A DNA stretch of 64,000 bases from Setoptus koraiensis (taxonomy: Eukaryota > Animalia > Arthropoda), in the NCBI GenBank assembly GCA_048013815.1, contig CM106585.1, positions 18,414,001 to 18,478,000 on the forward strand, written 5' to 3'. Of the stretch, positions 33,301 to 47,900 are shown one piece after another. The position numbers were made by a program, and so were the translations under genes. Under the pieces are notes generated by a model. That model was not told the origin of the DNA. It saw only the letters and a program-made list of their open reading frames with translations, and ran no database searches. Every line of letters starts with the position of its first letter. Position 1 is the stretch's first letter.

Positions 33301-36300
33301 TGAGGCAACGCGGCGCGACGCCAACAATTTAATACATGCATTATCCGCCAGAATCCGCACTTTGGTTGTTGCGCAACGCCAGGCGGTGACGCGCCTCGAT
33401 CGAGCCTCGGCCACCCGCGAGCGCGCCCACTCCCATATCTGGCCTGGCCCGTATGATCAATCATTTGGGGCCGGCCCTGGCGCGGGCGCCCACTCGCCTT
33501 GTGCGCCGCTTGTGTGCCGATCATCATCACCGATAATGATCGTCCCCCGTGACGGTCACTCGGGCCGATGGCCTTGGTGGGCCGGCTAGCTGGCGAGCGA
33601 GCCCGCCGACCAACCGAAATCCGCCGAAAGGCGGCCGAAAATCGCAGCGCCGGCAACCGGGCCAAACCGATTGGTTCGGGGGGCGGACGGGCAAATTATT
33701 ATGAATGATTCCGATCGTCGAGCGGCCACCACGACGAGAATCGACGTGCAGCCCGCCAACAAATGCGGCCGCTGGTATGCGCCCGTCGCCCTGTGCGCGG
33801 ACCCGCTCCCCAGCTCGCTAAACGGCCAGTCATTAACGCCGTTGCCCGGCTCGCCGGGCGCAAACAACAGCTCACCTGTTAATGATGATTTCTCGCTGGC
33901 GAGCCGAGCTGCGCCTCGACGATTCCGGCCAGCACTGATTGGCGCTTATCTTATCTCCCATCTCCCATCGGCCATCTAGCGCGTCGCTTTCCGGCTCGCG
34001 CTCGCGGACCCGTGCCAGGCGGCCGGAAAACGCCGCGCGCGCCGCCGTTCCACTGACCCCTGTCGCTCCCCTGTCTCCACGCGGCCCGTCTCGTCGCCAC
34101 GAGCTCGCGATAATTCGAGTGTGCGATTTGAGGCGCCTCTCGGGGCTCCTCGTTTGCGATAGCCGATAGGTTTGCGGGGCCGCCTTTCGATCTCGTTGCG
34201 CCATCAGATAGGCGCGGTGTCGCTGGCTGTTTGAGCTGTTTTTTGCGCCAGTTTGCTCGCTTCAATGGTCACCCGTTTTACACTGTCTGCCGGGCGGCCC
34301 CGCAGTTGAGCTGGCTGCTTGACGCGGCCCGATAATTACGCCGCTCCGAATAATGCGGCGGATAATGTGATCTGAGCGGCGATCGGGCCGGCGCTCGCTG
34401 GCCGTTTTGCGCCGCTGACCACTGCCACGCCTCCCCCGTGTCTCGTGGTCAGCGGTGCGTGCCACGAGACGGGCGGGCTGCAACACAGGCCCGCTGTGTA
34501 TCGTGGCGCGCCTTGCTAACTCGTGTGATGGATGATGGATTCATTGGCTGGTCGTTTGAGGCGCCATTGGGCCGGCCAAGTACGTGCCCGGGTGCGCCGC
34601 TCGAGCCCACATTTAGCCCGCAATGTTGCCGTGTGTCGCGATGGCTTGTCTTGATTGGGGCGCCAAAAATGATGCCGCCGGCCGCGGGGCCAAAGTGGCC
34701 GCTGAGAGTGGCCGTTTCAATGAGTCAGCGCGCGCGCGCCAGGAAGTGGGCCCCTCCAGCCGAGTGGCTGCAGCGGGTGCACGCGTCATCGGCGCCTCTG
34801 GGCTCCGCCGTCATCTGCCGTCCTCTGCCGGCCGACTGGTCAGCACTGGTCACTCGACCAGCAGTGACCAGTCGGCCAGTGCTGACCACTGTTGACCGGT
34901 CGGGATGCGGGGCGTCCAGCGCGGTGCGGCGCGAATGTGTCGCGCACCGACAGCACCTAGCGCCGCTAATGGAGTAAGTGTTACATCCGTAAGAAGTGGG
35001 CCCCGTTAGGCGCTGATTCGCCCACGCACTCGCTGATTCGTGATGCTGGCGATGATGTAATAGTTGGTTGCGCACACGTACACACATGTGTGCACATTGT
35101 CGCCATATTGCGTTGTTGTTGCGGCCTCGTGGCACCGCTCGCCTGTTACAGTGCGGGGGCCCGGCGCCACTTGCATCCCGACCCCTGCACTGTGACAGCC
35201 AGCGCCCATTGTGGCCCCGCGCCGCCGACCCGTTTGGCCATTTTGGCCAGCGTCAACTACCGCCGCCGCACTGGCTCATCTAGCGGAATCTCGCGCAGTT
35301 GGTGCGGTGGTGCAGTGGTGCAGTGGTGCAAGTGGGGCCAGTGGTGCCAGCGGACGGGCCGGTGACGAGCATCATCATCGCTGGCTGTTATTGATTATCG
35401 CGCTGCTCGATGTTGCTGATTGTTGTTGGCGATTGTTCGCCCGTCGCGCACGCACCGCCGCCGCCGCTCGCACTGTCCGCACCCGGCCGCCTAATCGATA
35501 ATCGATGCGTCTCCCACTGCGCCCTCTGGCCTTCGGGGCGGCCCGCATCGGCGGCCTGTCGGCCGCGAGCGTCGCGAGTCGCCCGAGCGACAGCAATAAG
35601 CAACAATGAGACTCTGAGCACTTTTACTCTGAGCCAATAACAGCAAGCCGGACAGTGGCTTGAGCGCGAGCAGCTTGAGCGTGCAGCCAGCGCAAAAGTC
35701 TTGTCCGCGAACGGGGCCCCGCAAGCTCGCCGATGCCAGTGGGCCCGCTCGGCGATATCGCCGATGCCGGGCCCACTCGGCGATATTGGCCCCACTGGCC
35801 CATCGGGCAGCGACACCTCGCACGCGAATCGATTGTCTTACGGGCCTCATTGTCTCGGCACTTACGACTCACTCACGTACGCGCTGTCGCGTGCTCTCAC
35901 ATGCCAATAAGCCCGACGATGTTTTCGTAATGTCGCCCATCGACAAGTCACCGCGCCCATCGGCGCGCCAACAGTCACTCGTGCCCCTCAAGTTGTGACA
36001 CACAACTCACTTGACCGACAACAACGGCCGACAACAACGGCCAACAACAACGGCCAACACCGACAATATTGCGCCACCCACTTCCGGTCAGCCCCACTGT
36101 GGCCGCTCCAACACAGGGTCTCTTCATCTAGAGTCTCTTTATCTAGAGTGACTCGGCGGCCCGCTCGCGCCGCCAGTGAGCGGACCGATGGGAGCGTAGT
36201 GGCGCGCCGATGGGAGCGCAGCCAATTTCCGTTTTTGGGTACGTTTTTTCAGGCTTCACTTATTTATTTTTGTTGGCCATGTCATGTCATCTTGTTGTCA

Positions 36301-37210
36301 ACTTGTGCGCCAGCGTCTAGCACCGCTCGCGCGCGTCTACTGTTACGTAACGTAGTACGCAGTGGCACTACTAGTGCTGCATTAGCGACTCTCCGGCCGG
36401 CCAATAATAGGCACACACAACAGACAACAAAACAAGCGACTGACAGAGTGGCAATTCTTTTATTTATTTACATTAGACATTACTGGCAACATTACGTAAC
36501 ACGGCCGCCGCCACGTAGCGCGTGCAACTGCCGCTCGGCTGGATGCGACGCGCAGATAATCACAAAGCCGGGCCCCGAAAGAATCCATTTAATTCTGCAA
36601 TCTTTTCTCGCGCTGCCCGCTCTCGCGCCAGCGGGCCGGCGCTTGTTTGCTCGGGCACTCGAACTGTGCAAACGGGCCGCGGAGCGGCCCGGCGCGCAAA
36701 CTTAAAGTGGTGCGCGTCCGTCGAGTTGAAATTGGACGCGCCGGCGAGTGTGTCGCGTGTCATTTGGTCGCATCAAGAGCAAATTGTTGTAACTTGTTTC
36801 AATCACTTGTTTGCCCAGCGCCGGCCAGCGAGTCCGCGGGCCAGCGGTGCGCGGGCCGCTCGGGATCTGCATGCATCGATGGCGATCGGGCTGGCGCCGC
36901 GTAATTGATATTGTGACTTTGGTAGCGCACGACATCTCGCTCGGCATCGCGTGCGCGCCCGGCCAAATATTGACTTGGCGCCACCGGCAAACATTGTCCG
37001 CCGTCCAGCTCGGGCCGGCTCCAATGACGCGCACGCCGAAGCGGGCCCCAATAATGGACAGCCACTTGTCGACGGTCGCTTCGACGGCCCTTCGAATATT
37101 AACTCGCACATCGCGCGTTGCGTCTCTATTTCGGCCGGCGTCGTTTCTAATTACTTTGCCCCCCGCTCGCTACATCACTGCACATGTCGCTATATATGCG
37201 CTGCATCACT

Positions 37211-37270
37211 ATATATATCGCCGTATATATCGCCACACATATCGCTATATATATCGCCACATATATCGCC
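37211..37270. repeat. Degenerate atatatcgcc tandem repeat
   Basis: Read directly from the sequence. Confidence 0.8.
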
Positions 37271-38714
37271 AGCGGCCCCGATAATGGCCAGATAATCTGG
37301 CGCGACTCGAGCGGCCCCTATAAGCGGCCCGACAAGCCAATATCTGGCGGGGGTGGGCGCTACTTTGTTTCCATCGGTCAGTGCGCTCGCTTGGCCGCGC
37401 CAGCGCGGCCATCAGTTGCCAGTTATCAAGCAGCGGCTTATCTGCCACGAGCGGGGCGCCCGCGCACACGCCACTGACCGGAAGTGAGCGGGCCCGTTAT
37501 CGGGGGCACAATCGGGTGCCCGTTTCCAGCGGCGACACAACCAGGCGACACAAGCAAGCAAACACAAATAAACGGCCCAACAACAATGGCCGGCAATGGC
37601 GTAATTTTTAAGTTGCGTCACTGGGCCGCTGGCGCGCGTCGCTGGCGGTGTCACTGGGGCCAATGTCCATTATCACTCCATTAGAGTGCCCGTCAAACGA
37701 CGCAGCGCACCCTGGTGCGCCCACGCCACGGCGACAAGTCAATTGACGTGTCGCCGGGGCCAGCGCGCGCTGTCAGTAACAATTTATTCCTTCGCCGGTG
37801 CGCGCCCAGTATCCGCGTAACCTGTGCGGCCCACGCTGCTGGCCCGACCGGCCGAAAAGAGGCCAAAAGCGGCCGCCGGAACCCAAATAACACCCAACTC
37901 GCCACTGTGGGTCGGCACGGCAATTCCGCTCAAATTTCGCCCATATTTCGGGCAAGTTTCGCGCAAGTTTCGCCCGAAATGCCGACTGCCAACGCGAGCA
38001 CAAATGAAAGATCGGCGATGATTCCGGACGCGACGATGACTCTCCACGTGCCCGGAATAAGCGCTGCATCACAACGCGGTGCTCACGGCGCCCAGAGTCC
38101 CGAGCGGCCCAAAGCGCGGCTAAGAGGCCAGCGGCCAGGTAAGAGGGCGTCGTGAGGGCGCCACTCGTGAACGACATTAATTGATTGATCATTGCGCGCC
38201 GTCGTGGCCACTTGATTGGTGCCGTGCAACTGCCGCCGTGACTCGTGCTGAGGCGCCCGTAACGCGTGCTGGAGCCGCTGTAACTCTTGCCGAGGCCGCT
38301 GTATGTCGTGCTGGGGCGCCCGTCCTGTGTCATGCCATTATTCTCCTTTTGTATCCGTGTGCCGCTGGCCAGTTTTGTCTGTAGTTTGGCGGCCCGGCCG
38401 CGCGGAGGAGGCGCAAGACAGGGCCCCAAAAAAGCCCGTTCTGGCGCCTTCTGGGCCAGTCACGCGGGCCACTCGAACGGTGTCTCGAGTTTGGCCGCGT
38501 GACTGGCACGAAACAAGTGCCGCGAGGACCGCCCGTCGGACCGTTTTGGCCGGCCAGTCGAGTGGCGTTGCTGTCCAGACTAGAACGGACCCGCACGCAA
38601 CTGGGGCGCACGGCGCTAACTAAGTATGACAAGTCGCGCAAACAATTTTGCGGTTTGTCCGTCCGCTCGGGCTTGTCTCCGCTGCTCGCGTCTCCCCTCT
38701 TCTCGCGTCTGCCA

Positions 38715-38799
38715 GTCTCTCCGTCTCTTGGTCTCCCCGTCTCTTGGTCTCTCCGTCTCTTGGTCTCTCTGTCTCTTGGTCTCTCTGTCTCTTGGTCTC
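38715..38799. repeat. 16-bp tandem repeat (gtctctccgtctcttg) x~5.3
   Basis: Read directly from the sequence. Confidence 0.9.
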
Positions 38800-40107
38800 G
38801 CCAGAGCGCCAGAGCGCCGGACAAGAACTGGGGCCCGGCGGCCGTGTTCGGGCGAAAAGACGTCGGTGGGCCAGCAGAAGCGGCAAAACAAGCGCCAGCA
38901 GCGTGCCCGGCGCTGGCTTTAGTTGTTGGCAACCGCTTAGTGGGCCGCTCATCACAATAGATTATTGTTGCGCACAATGGCGACCCGACAACCGGGCCAC
39001 TTGCCGGCCCGCACAGGCCGCCGAGGGCTCCAGACAACAATCGTGCGCCACAAAGGCCCCACAGTCTCCTTGTAAGACGCTTGTTTGTGTGCTGGCGTCT
39101 GCGGGGGCCCCGACACAATGTTGTGTGAACGTTGTTGCGGACACAACGTAGCTTCGTTGTGGCCGCAACAACGGCTACCAGGGGGGCCCGAGCGGCGGCC
39201 GGCAGATTTGTTTGCGTGTGTCGTGCCAGCGACGGTTACGGTGACGCGCTGGTGGGGCCAGCGAGCGATAAAGCGAGCACAAAGTCGCTCACTTTATCGA
39301 CTGACTTTATCCGCGTGCCCGACATTGTTTCGACAATGCAGTGCTGCAATATACGACGCGCAGATATATGGGCCACAGACGGCCGGACAGTGGGGCCGTT
39401 TGTTGGGGGCCCACTCATGACCGCCGCACCGACCGACCGAAACATCCGACGAACACTGTCAGGGGTATTACGACAAACAAATCGTGCATGAGTGACTCAT
39501 CAGTCAGACGGTGTCCACCGGGCGACGCAACGGCGACCAGCGCACGGGCGATCGCCTGCGCCGCCGATCAATTGATGGCCCCAGACAAGTGAAGCGCGGG
39601 GCCCCCGCGCAAGCTAATGAATTTTGCTGCAATTTGGCCGCTTGCTTTTCACTGGAACGGCTTTTATTGGGACGGCTTTTATTGCGCAACCAGCGCGGCA
39701 TCGGCCCCCCCCCAGACAACAGGTAATTACCGTGGCGCTGCTCAGCGGCCGGCGTGAGTTACGTAGCACCGACAGTTACGTAACCGGCAGCAAACGACCT
39801 GCAGTCGGCAAGTGAGCAATTCGGCGCAAAAAATGCCCGCTCCGCTCTCGAGGGTCGCTGTCGGGCCGGCGCACGGTCGCGCCGCAGTCGAGTCGAACGG
39901 TACAGAGTGCCCGTAATCCCCGGGGTGATAGATTCTTTTTATGGTGGCTTGTTGTGGTTCGTGTTTCGGCGCCGAGTGGGGGCCGCGCTCGTGCAGCCGA
40001 CTCAAAAATGGCGCCCGCCACTGGCACGACGAAATGATCTGATTTTGCACAATTCAATCGCGTCGGCCGCTCGCGATTGGTTCAAATGTTGCTCGAAGCG
40101 GGCACCA

Positions 40108-40187
40108 TTTGAACCGTTCGAACCTTTCGATCCTTTCGAAAGGTTCGATCCTTTCGAAACGTTCGAAACGTTCGAACCGTTTGAAAC
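40108..40187. repeat. Degenerate 9-bp tandem repeat (ttcgaaccg/ttcgatcct) x~9
   Basis: Read directly from the sequence. Confidence 0.85.
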
Positions 40188-43100
40188 AATTTGCGCTCGT
40201 TCCAAAGGGCATCTCACGGGCGGCGGCCCGGCCCGGCGCGGTTGTGACGCGCGAGAGTTCGGCGCCCGACGACCGCGGGCAGAGCGAGAAAGCGGGGATT
40301 CGCGAATCGGTGCGCCTGTTGTCGGCCGCACGCGCTCCGGCTCAATGGGCTGAACGGGGAGTTCAACTAATGATTTATTCCTCCATAATCGACCCATTGC
40401 CGGCAGCGCCACCATGATTATGTAATTTGTCTGCGGCACTCATTGGCAACATGATCATCATCTCTATGGGCACAATAGATCATCGTGTAATCGAAATGGA
40501 AGCCTCACAATGGGGTCGTGTAAGCGGCCGATCATTTTCGGCGCCCGCCCGAGCTCTTGTAATGTTCGGGTATTGGGGACGGCACGGGCCGGATCAGCGC
40601 GCCGGGGCCGCGCGTTCGAAACAAGCGCGCCAATAATAAGCGAATAATAATCTCGCTCTGGATGAATGAGCGGCTCTAAAAGTCTCGAAAGCGACTCGAA
40701 GCGTTTAAGGCAGCGCGCGCGCGCGCGCGTGACACGTGCAAATTAAGAATTCACTTTTCACCTGGCGCCCTGGCCAGGCGACCCCGTCGCCATGCCAACT
40801 GGCGCAGCGCTGGGGGCCCCTTTGTCTTGCGGGCCCGCAGCCCGTCGCCCCCGCCTATTACCTTCAGCCGAGTGATGGTTATATTAGCTCTCTATTATAT
40901 ATATCGAGCTATATATATTTATATAACGGCTGTGATTGTTGTTTGCTCGCATCGCTCGCGACTAGCCAGTTTAAACTGGCGCCGCGCCACCGCCGGGCCC
41001 CCAGGCCCGGCTCACCTGCGCGGGCACGCGTTGCACATTTAATAGCCTGGCTGGTTATATAACATATATCCGTATTATACGTCTGGCACTGTGTACACGC
41101 GTTGGCGGCGTTTTAAAAAAACCAAAACCCGTTCCATCAGTGTGGGCCAGCGCTGGCTCGGATGCGGCGACAAGCACGCGCCCGGCGCGCCAGATCGGAT
41201 TACCAGCGAAACGAAAATTGGTAAAAACGGCTTAGGGGCCCCCATCCACGTGCTGCCATTTCCGCCCGCTCGGCTGGCCTGTGCGCTGCGCACCACGCAA
41301 ATTACGGCACAATGTCTGCACGATGTCGGCCCAACACTCCGGCGCAAACTAATGCTGCCAGCATCATGCCGGCGAGCGAGCGATGGGCCCCATTTTAGTG
41401 CCGCCATTGCGGGGGCTGCCTGGCACAGATACGGCCAGCCAGAGCGGCCATGCAAATTATGTCGGCGCCCGCCTGTTTGCCGAGAATATTCCGAGTATAA
41501 TATGCCGCACATTATCTACGTGCACGGACGGATAATGCGTTGCATCGGCGCCCCGAGAATCGCGCTACGTGCAGCCCAAGATTCGCTGGCGGCGGAAGTG
41601 GCGCAGGCAGCTTAAAAAGTTTTCATTGTTCTCTAATTCTTGGCGCTGTTGCGTCGAGCTCGGCGCAAATTTCGCCCGCCGATCGGCCGCTTCTCGCTCA
41701 CTTTTCGCTCGCCTTTCGCCCGCTTCTCTCTCGCAATGCGTCGAAATTCGCCCGAAATTCGCGGGCCCCAAATAGCAACTAGCCGGCAGACATGAGTTTC
41801 GGCTGCGATATTCAGCCGTGCCCGTTGCGGCACTGGCGCCCCGCACACGTGGCAGCGTCGCCGCGGAACCGCTCGCTATCCGGTGCGCGTATCACGGCGC
41901 AGTGGTGAACTCGTGCGTGCTTTTGGCGAATCCGATCCCCAAAATGGGCGCCCAAAATAGTTTAAATTGGTCTCGTGCAAACAACGCTCCTCCATACACA
42001 GACTGTACATACAGACTGTATAATATGGCGGCGCCATCGGCCGCCAGTGGGCAATCTTGGCTCTGGGCCAACTGGCAGCCCCATTGTCTCGCCGTCGCGG
42101 GCCCCATTGAATTAAATCATCACTCTTGTCGCTGGTGCGTGCGTCGGTTCGCTCGGGCTTCTGGCGCAACGACAATATTGTTATATGACCGTCGCATTAC
42201 GACGATATTTCTTGGTTGGCGCCCGACGAGCGCCGAATGTCAAGCGCTGCAAATTGGGCCGCGCGATGCTCGCGATTCGAGCCGCGCGTCGGCTGCATCG
42301 GTCGCGTCGGTCGGGTCGGTCGCGTCGGGCGCGTCGGGCGACTCGGGTGAGTCGGGCAACTCGGATGCGGCCGATGAGAGATCATCCTCATCAGCGGCGG
42401 AGACAGCGCGCGGCGCAATTGGATTTTGAACGGGCAAATTATGTCCAACGAGCGCTGGCGTGTCCAATTAGGGCACGCCGTCTGTCCGACGGTGTGGCGG
42501 CTAGACCTGGCCCGACGCGCGGCACAAACGGGCAGAGGGGGGCCATTGTTTGTATTTGGCGATTGTGTCATTAAATTGGCGCCCAGGTTACGTTGCGCAA
42601 TTGGTACGTTGTTGGCCCGCGACAGCCGCTGCACGCAGCAGCGCCGCGACGTGCCGCCGATCCGATTCCGCGCCGCTCCATTCGAGCCGATCCGCTGCGC
42701 CGTGTCGCGCCGCGATTTGATTTGATAAACTGAGCGCAAACAAAGACAAAGTTCATCATTAGCCGGGTCGCGCGTGCCCCACGCCTGATGTGATGGATGA
42801 CGGCGCCATTATTGGCCCGGCGAGCTCGACGGCGCGCCGAGCCAGCGCCTAGCCGGAGCGGGCCGACTTGGCGCGGCCGACGGCAAACAATTGCAGCCGT
42901 CAGCCGGCCAGCCAGTCGTCCTGATTGATCGATCGAAGGTGATGCCCTCTCACTAAGAGGCTCCTAGGGCGCTGCGCCTCCGCGAATCTCGGCCGCGTCT
43001 GAAACAAAGCGAGCCGGGCCAATTGTGATTGGCGCCCTCCTCGGCGGCCGTTTAAACTTCCGTCCGTCGCCAGTATCGCCGCCACTGCCTCTGCCGACGA

Positions 43101-44892
43101 CCGCTTCTGCCGACTACCGCTTGCGGGTCGATGGGGCCCATTGACTCGGCCGGGCGAGTCTATTGAGTTATCCGCGGCTCTCGTCCGCCGCTCGAGTCGA
43201 GCGGCTCGAGCTCAGCCGTGGATGGGCTGGCGCAATGGCTGCCAGCGGGGCCAACAGCGCCCAATGGGGCCAACGAGACGGGCTGTAGATAGCGGCGAGC
43301 GGTGCGTGCCCATTGGCGAATATCGGCCGTTTATTATTTATGATGACAAGTTTAATTCGGTGCCCGCCGCTGCAAAACTGCGCTCCGCACAGCGTCTCGG
43401 TCCGGAATGATCGATGGGCGCTGGCGCGGCGGCGCCGAGACATGATTTTCAAGAATTTGAATCGCGCCCGAGCATGGCCAATGAGCGCGCCGATTCGCTC
43501 GGCGGCGCCCCAATCGCGCATTGTCTCGAATTTCATCCATTCTTGTGCGTGGTGTGCCCGTTGGCGGCTCGCAACCGGCGACCGACCGAGCCGCCAACGG
43601 CGGACGCTCGCCGGGCCTGGGGCGGCCCGCGCGGCCTCGAGAGTTGATTATTCGAATCACGATCGATCACTGAAACAGGAGCCCCAGCAACCGCCAACTG
43701 GTAAACTTGTAAACTGCCAACAATATTAGGCGCTGGCCCCGGCGCGCAATATCAACGGGCGCAATATTAACGGGCGCCCCCCGCCCCATATCCGATATGC
43801 GCCACCGATCGGGTTCTTTTAAACTGGCTGGCTCACCCGCCGAGAAAATTGCAGTCGAGAAGCGATCGAACGCCGCTGCCGCTGATCTAATTTCGCATGC
43901 AAATGGCCGCGCCGACATGGCAGAAACAACGGACGTGTGCAAGACAAAATTGAAAGCTCTCGCACGCTCGCAAGCACAACAATTTGTCTTGATTATTACA
44001 TAATCATGCGCTCGCCGGGCCCGGCCGAGCTCTCGGCTCGAGTGGCTGCCGGCGCGAACATTCTCGTGATTCTCGGCTGGCGTCTCCGCAGTGCGCAGAT
44101 ATAAGTTATGGCCGCTTGTCGGCGCGGCGTCTCGGCGCTCTGCGCGGCCCGTTCGCGAGCCATCGGGCCGGCGATAAACAGCGATAAACACCGATGAGCG
44201 GCGACGAACAGAGACGAACGGCGATAAACGGCGACGAAACGAGCCCGATAAACAATCGGCTCGAGACGAATCGGGCAAGTTTTGCGCCGGCGAGCCCGTC
44301 TCGCAAACTTGTTTATTGCATGTTGTGCGCTGGCCAGCCGAACCTGTCATGCGCCCGCTCCAGTGCGACTTGTCGCCCGCTCGCCGTCGCCGCTCCGGCC
44401 CGAGCGAGCGCAGGAGCGAGCGGCGAGCGGGCGAGCAGCGAAGAACAAAAAGCGAGCAAATTGAATTGTTGTCGTTGGGCCGTTTTATTTGTGTCGTCAC
44501 TATTTGTCATCATAAATTTCATCATGGTTGCCGTCGTGTCGTCGTCGCTGTCGTATCATCGCAGTTACGTAATGCCCATGCAAATTGCGCACCGTGGCCC
44601 TACTTCGGGCATGCGGCGGCGGCGGTGGCGCGCAGCGGAGTGGGTCTCTCGAGAGCACTTTCCGCGCGAATTTGCCACGGTCCGGGCGAATCGGGCACAG
44701 CGCCCGTCTCGTCGGCTTGTCGGGCCGCTCGTCTCGTCGTCTCCGCTCGTCGGGCTGCGGGTTTTAATTTGAATTCAAGGCGTAAAAACGGGGGCTTTGG
44801 AACTATAAAACGGCGACAGAAGCGCCCCCGGCGATGCTCTGGCCCAAGCAACATGGGCCATGTTGCGGCGGCTCCGCGATCCACTCGCCGCC

Positions 44893-44948
44893 GGCCGACG
44901 ACCGAGCGGGCCGACGACCGAGCGGGCCGACGACCGAGTGGGCCGACG
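44893..44948. repeat. 16-bp tandem repeat (ggccgacgaccgagcg) x~3.5
   Basis: Read directly from the sequence. Confidence 0.9.
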
Positions 44949-47900
44949 GGCTGCGCTCGCGGATTGCGGCTCGCGGCCAGCCCGACGCCAGGGACGGCGG
45001 ACCGCGGTAACGCACGCCCGTAGCCGCAGTGGCCGCCAGCGGGCCATAACGCACCGCGGCAAGACGCGATTACATGGCCGCGCGGCTTGTAATACAACGG
45101 CTGTAATACAACGGCTGTATATCCAATTTAAATTAGCCGGGCAGCCAATTGTAAACTTGGCGCAGTTTGCCCGGCACGCAGCTACAACAGGCAACAATCA
45201 AATTAACAAGTGGCACCGAGCCGCTCGACACCGGCCCGCCGAGCCCGTGCAGCCAGCGAGCGGCCAGTCATGCTCGCCCGCTCGGGTAACTGGATAACCG
45301 GCTGCCCATCCAGCCGAGCGATGTTCTCGCTCGGCTCGCATGTGTTCGCAGCCCGCAGTCCGGAGTTCGCAGTCCGCGGTTCGCAGCTCGCAGTTCGAAG
45401 TTCGCAGTCGGAAGCTCGAGAGAGGCCAGAGGAGCCAGAACTTCTCTGAGAGAAGCCGGCAACTGATCTCTCGCGTTGTGTCATACAAGTTAACGCAACC
45501 CTCTCGAATGAGTGGCGCCACCTCAGCCGGAATCGAGCAGTCAATTGCAAAGTCGGGCAACGGGCTCGCCGAAAGTGGCCCCGCTTTGCAGCCTCGCCAC
45601 CGGCGAATGTGTCGCTGCTCACCTTGGCGCAAACAGCGTTTCGCGCTGTTCGGGCCTCGGCAATTCTCGCCGCTCGGGCAGCCGACGAGCGGCGTTCCGA
45701 CTGGCAAGCGAGCCGCGCAACGAAGAATAAAGAGCCGAAGAGCACAGACAGAATTGGGTGCCACAAACAGGCGAGCAATGGAACGAATGAGCCGCGGCGA
45801 GCGCCCATTAGATCGTGTAACGCCGATCGAGCGACCGACAATTCAGTGCCAATCGAGCGCCCGATGAAATGGGCCGAACCTGCGCCACTGGTCGGTCGCA
45901 ATTAGGCGACCGCGGCGCTCGCTGGATCGAACTGTGGCCGTCGGAATAGCCGCATCGGTCGGAATTCTGGGAATGGTCGGACTGGGCGACAGAGCGCCGC
46001 TCGGACAGAGCTGGTCGGGTGCTCGCGACCGCACGGTCGCTAGCCGCATCGCGTGACTGTGCGGCGCGACGGGCAAACTTGTGTTTGTATAATCGTCGTT
46101 GTGTTTGCTCGTTGCGGCTTGTTGTGCGCCGCAACTTACAAATATTCGCTCGCAAACATCGCATGATATTGGACTGGAGTGAAAATGCATAAATGGCCGA
46201 TAATTTCGCTGCCTCTCGGCGCTACAAAGTTCGCAGCGCCGCCGCAAACAAGTTGGCGCCCGGTTGCCATTTCGCGACCGCCGACATTGGCGGCCCGACG
46301 AGCTTCGAAATGGCGCGCCGAGCTTCGAAACGGCGCGCCGAACGGCCGATGGCAATCGAAGGCTCGCCGAGCGAGCCCGCACTGTCGCTGCCAACTCGCT
46401 CGTCGGCTTCGACGTCGGTGCTTCGATCGGCGATTCTTCGATCGGCGGTGGCTTCGAATGTCGGCGCGCCGGGCAAAAGTGTCCAGTCGATTGGCACTGA
46501 CATTTGTGCAGTGGCAACACTGGCCGACAGTCGTCCATTGTTCGCGCGGCCGTCGAACCGCCGACGAACGCAACAGAATCTGCGAACAGATTCTCCTCTG
46601 ACAGAGAGCGCCCTTCCAGCGTGAGACTCACCTGAGCCGATCAGCTGGCGCTCGGCCGACAACGAGAGTGAGCCGCCGCTCACCTGACATCGGTCACCTG
46701 ACATCGGGCGAGAGTGGCCAGACGCGGACAGTGCCATAATTGATGCATAATTGCTCTTTTGTGATGTGTGCCAATGCAGGCCACAAACACCGGCGACTCG
46801 GCAGTCTCGAGTGCACTCGAGAATCTCGAGTCGAGATGCAAATCGCCGGCCAGCTCGGGCCGGCATCAAAGGAGCCGGCCCGGCGCTTTCGCACGTTCGT
46901 CATTGTCTTGATTGACACATTGGCTGCGCCGGTCGTGACGCGGGCCGGCCCGGCCAGCGTCCAATTATCGCCCATTTGCATCTCGCTCGGCCCGACGGCT
47001 CGCCAGTCGGCCGCCGACCGACCGCTGGTCGGTTGCGCCGATCGCGCCAAATTGTTACAATTTCGGCAAATTGTTGCAGCTCGGCGCCACTGGCCGGGTC
47101 AAGATTCGCCCGCTGGCCGCCCGCATCTCGACCCAGTGCACCCATCGAACCGGCCCGTCAAATTGGCCCGACGAACTGGCCCGGCGAACCGGCCCGACTA
47201 ACGGCCCGACGAACTGGTCCGATGGGCTGGCCAGTCAGCGAGCGAGCGGGGCCCCTGTCGCCGGTCGGCGGGGTCGTTGGCCGTTGGGCGCCATCGACGG
47301 TGGCACTGGCACAAATTTCGCCGAAACAGTGTTGCGCAATCGGGTCGTTCGGCCCGTTAGCGTGTTTGCGTTTGTTTGTTGGTCGGCGCTCGTTGCTGGC
47401 CTGAGTTGTTTGCCATTAGTTGTTTGTTAGCCAAATGGATGCTGGCCACCGTTGAGTGGACACTGTTTTATCTGACATGAGCCCGAGCTGCCGGCGCAAC
47501 GACGCTGGCACGGTAATGAGCGTCCCAATGAGCTGACCGGCCTCATCAGTTACCCGTGCCTGATGGGCGCCTCAGCCGGGCTGATGCGGCTGATTTGGGC
47601 GGCCGCATTAGGCGCTCGGGATGCGTCATCGAGCCAGAAGCTGATGAAAATGGCCGGCACGTACTCGGCGCCGCCGGAATCGCGCAGTCCGTCGCAGTCC
47701 GTCGTCCAGCGGCTATACTGCTGGCGAGCAAGACACTGGCCGCTAGATTGGATTGATTGAGGCGCGCAATTTGCATCGCTTAGCAGCGGCCCACTATCCA
47801 TAATTGAGCGCGAGCATTCATTATATTCTCGTCGTGGCTCGTCAAATATTTGCCAGGCTGGCGTGTTTGTTGCGTCAGCCGCGCGGTCAGATGCGCATTT

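Noticed and set aside
36355-36385. miR-252-like 10-mer (tagtagtgcc on the minus strand) in a small palindrome
   Set aside because: The match is too short and there is no pre-miRNA-length hairpin.
45843-46631. C2H2-like motifs (CELC...H.H and CDVCERIF) in a 262-aa ORF
   Set aside because: His spacing is wrong (the second motif lacks the H at +17 and the L), the periodicity is 24 rather than 28 residues, and the start is GTG at a donor-like site.
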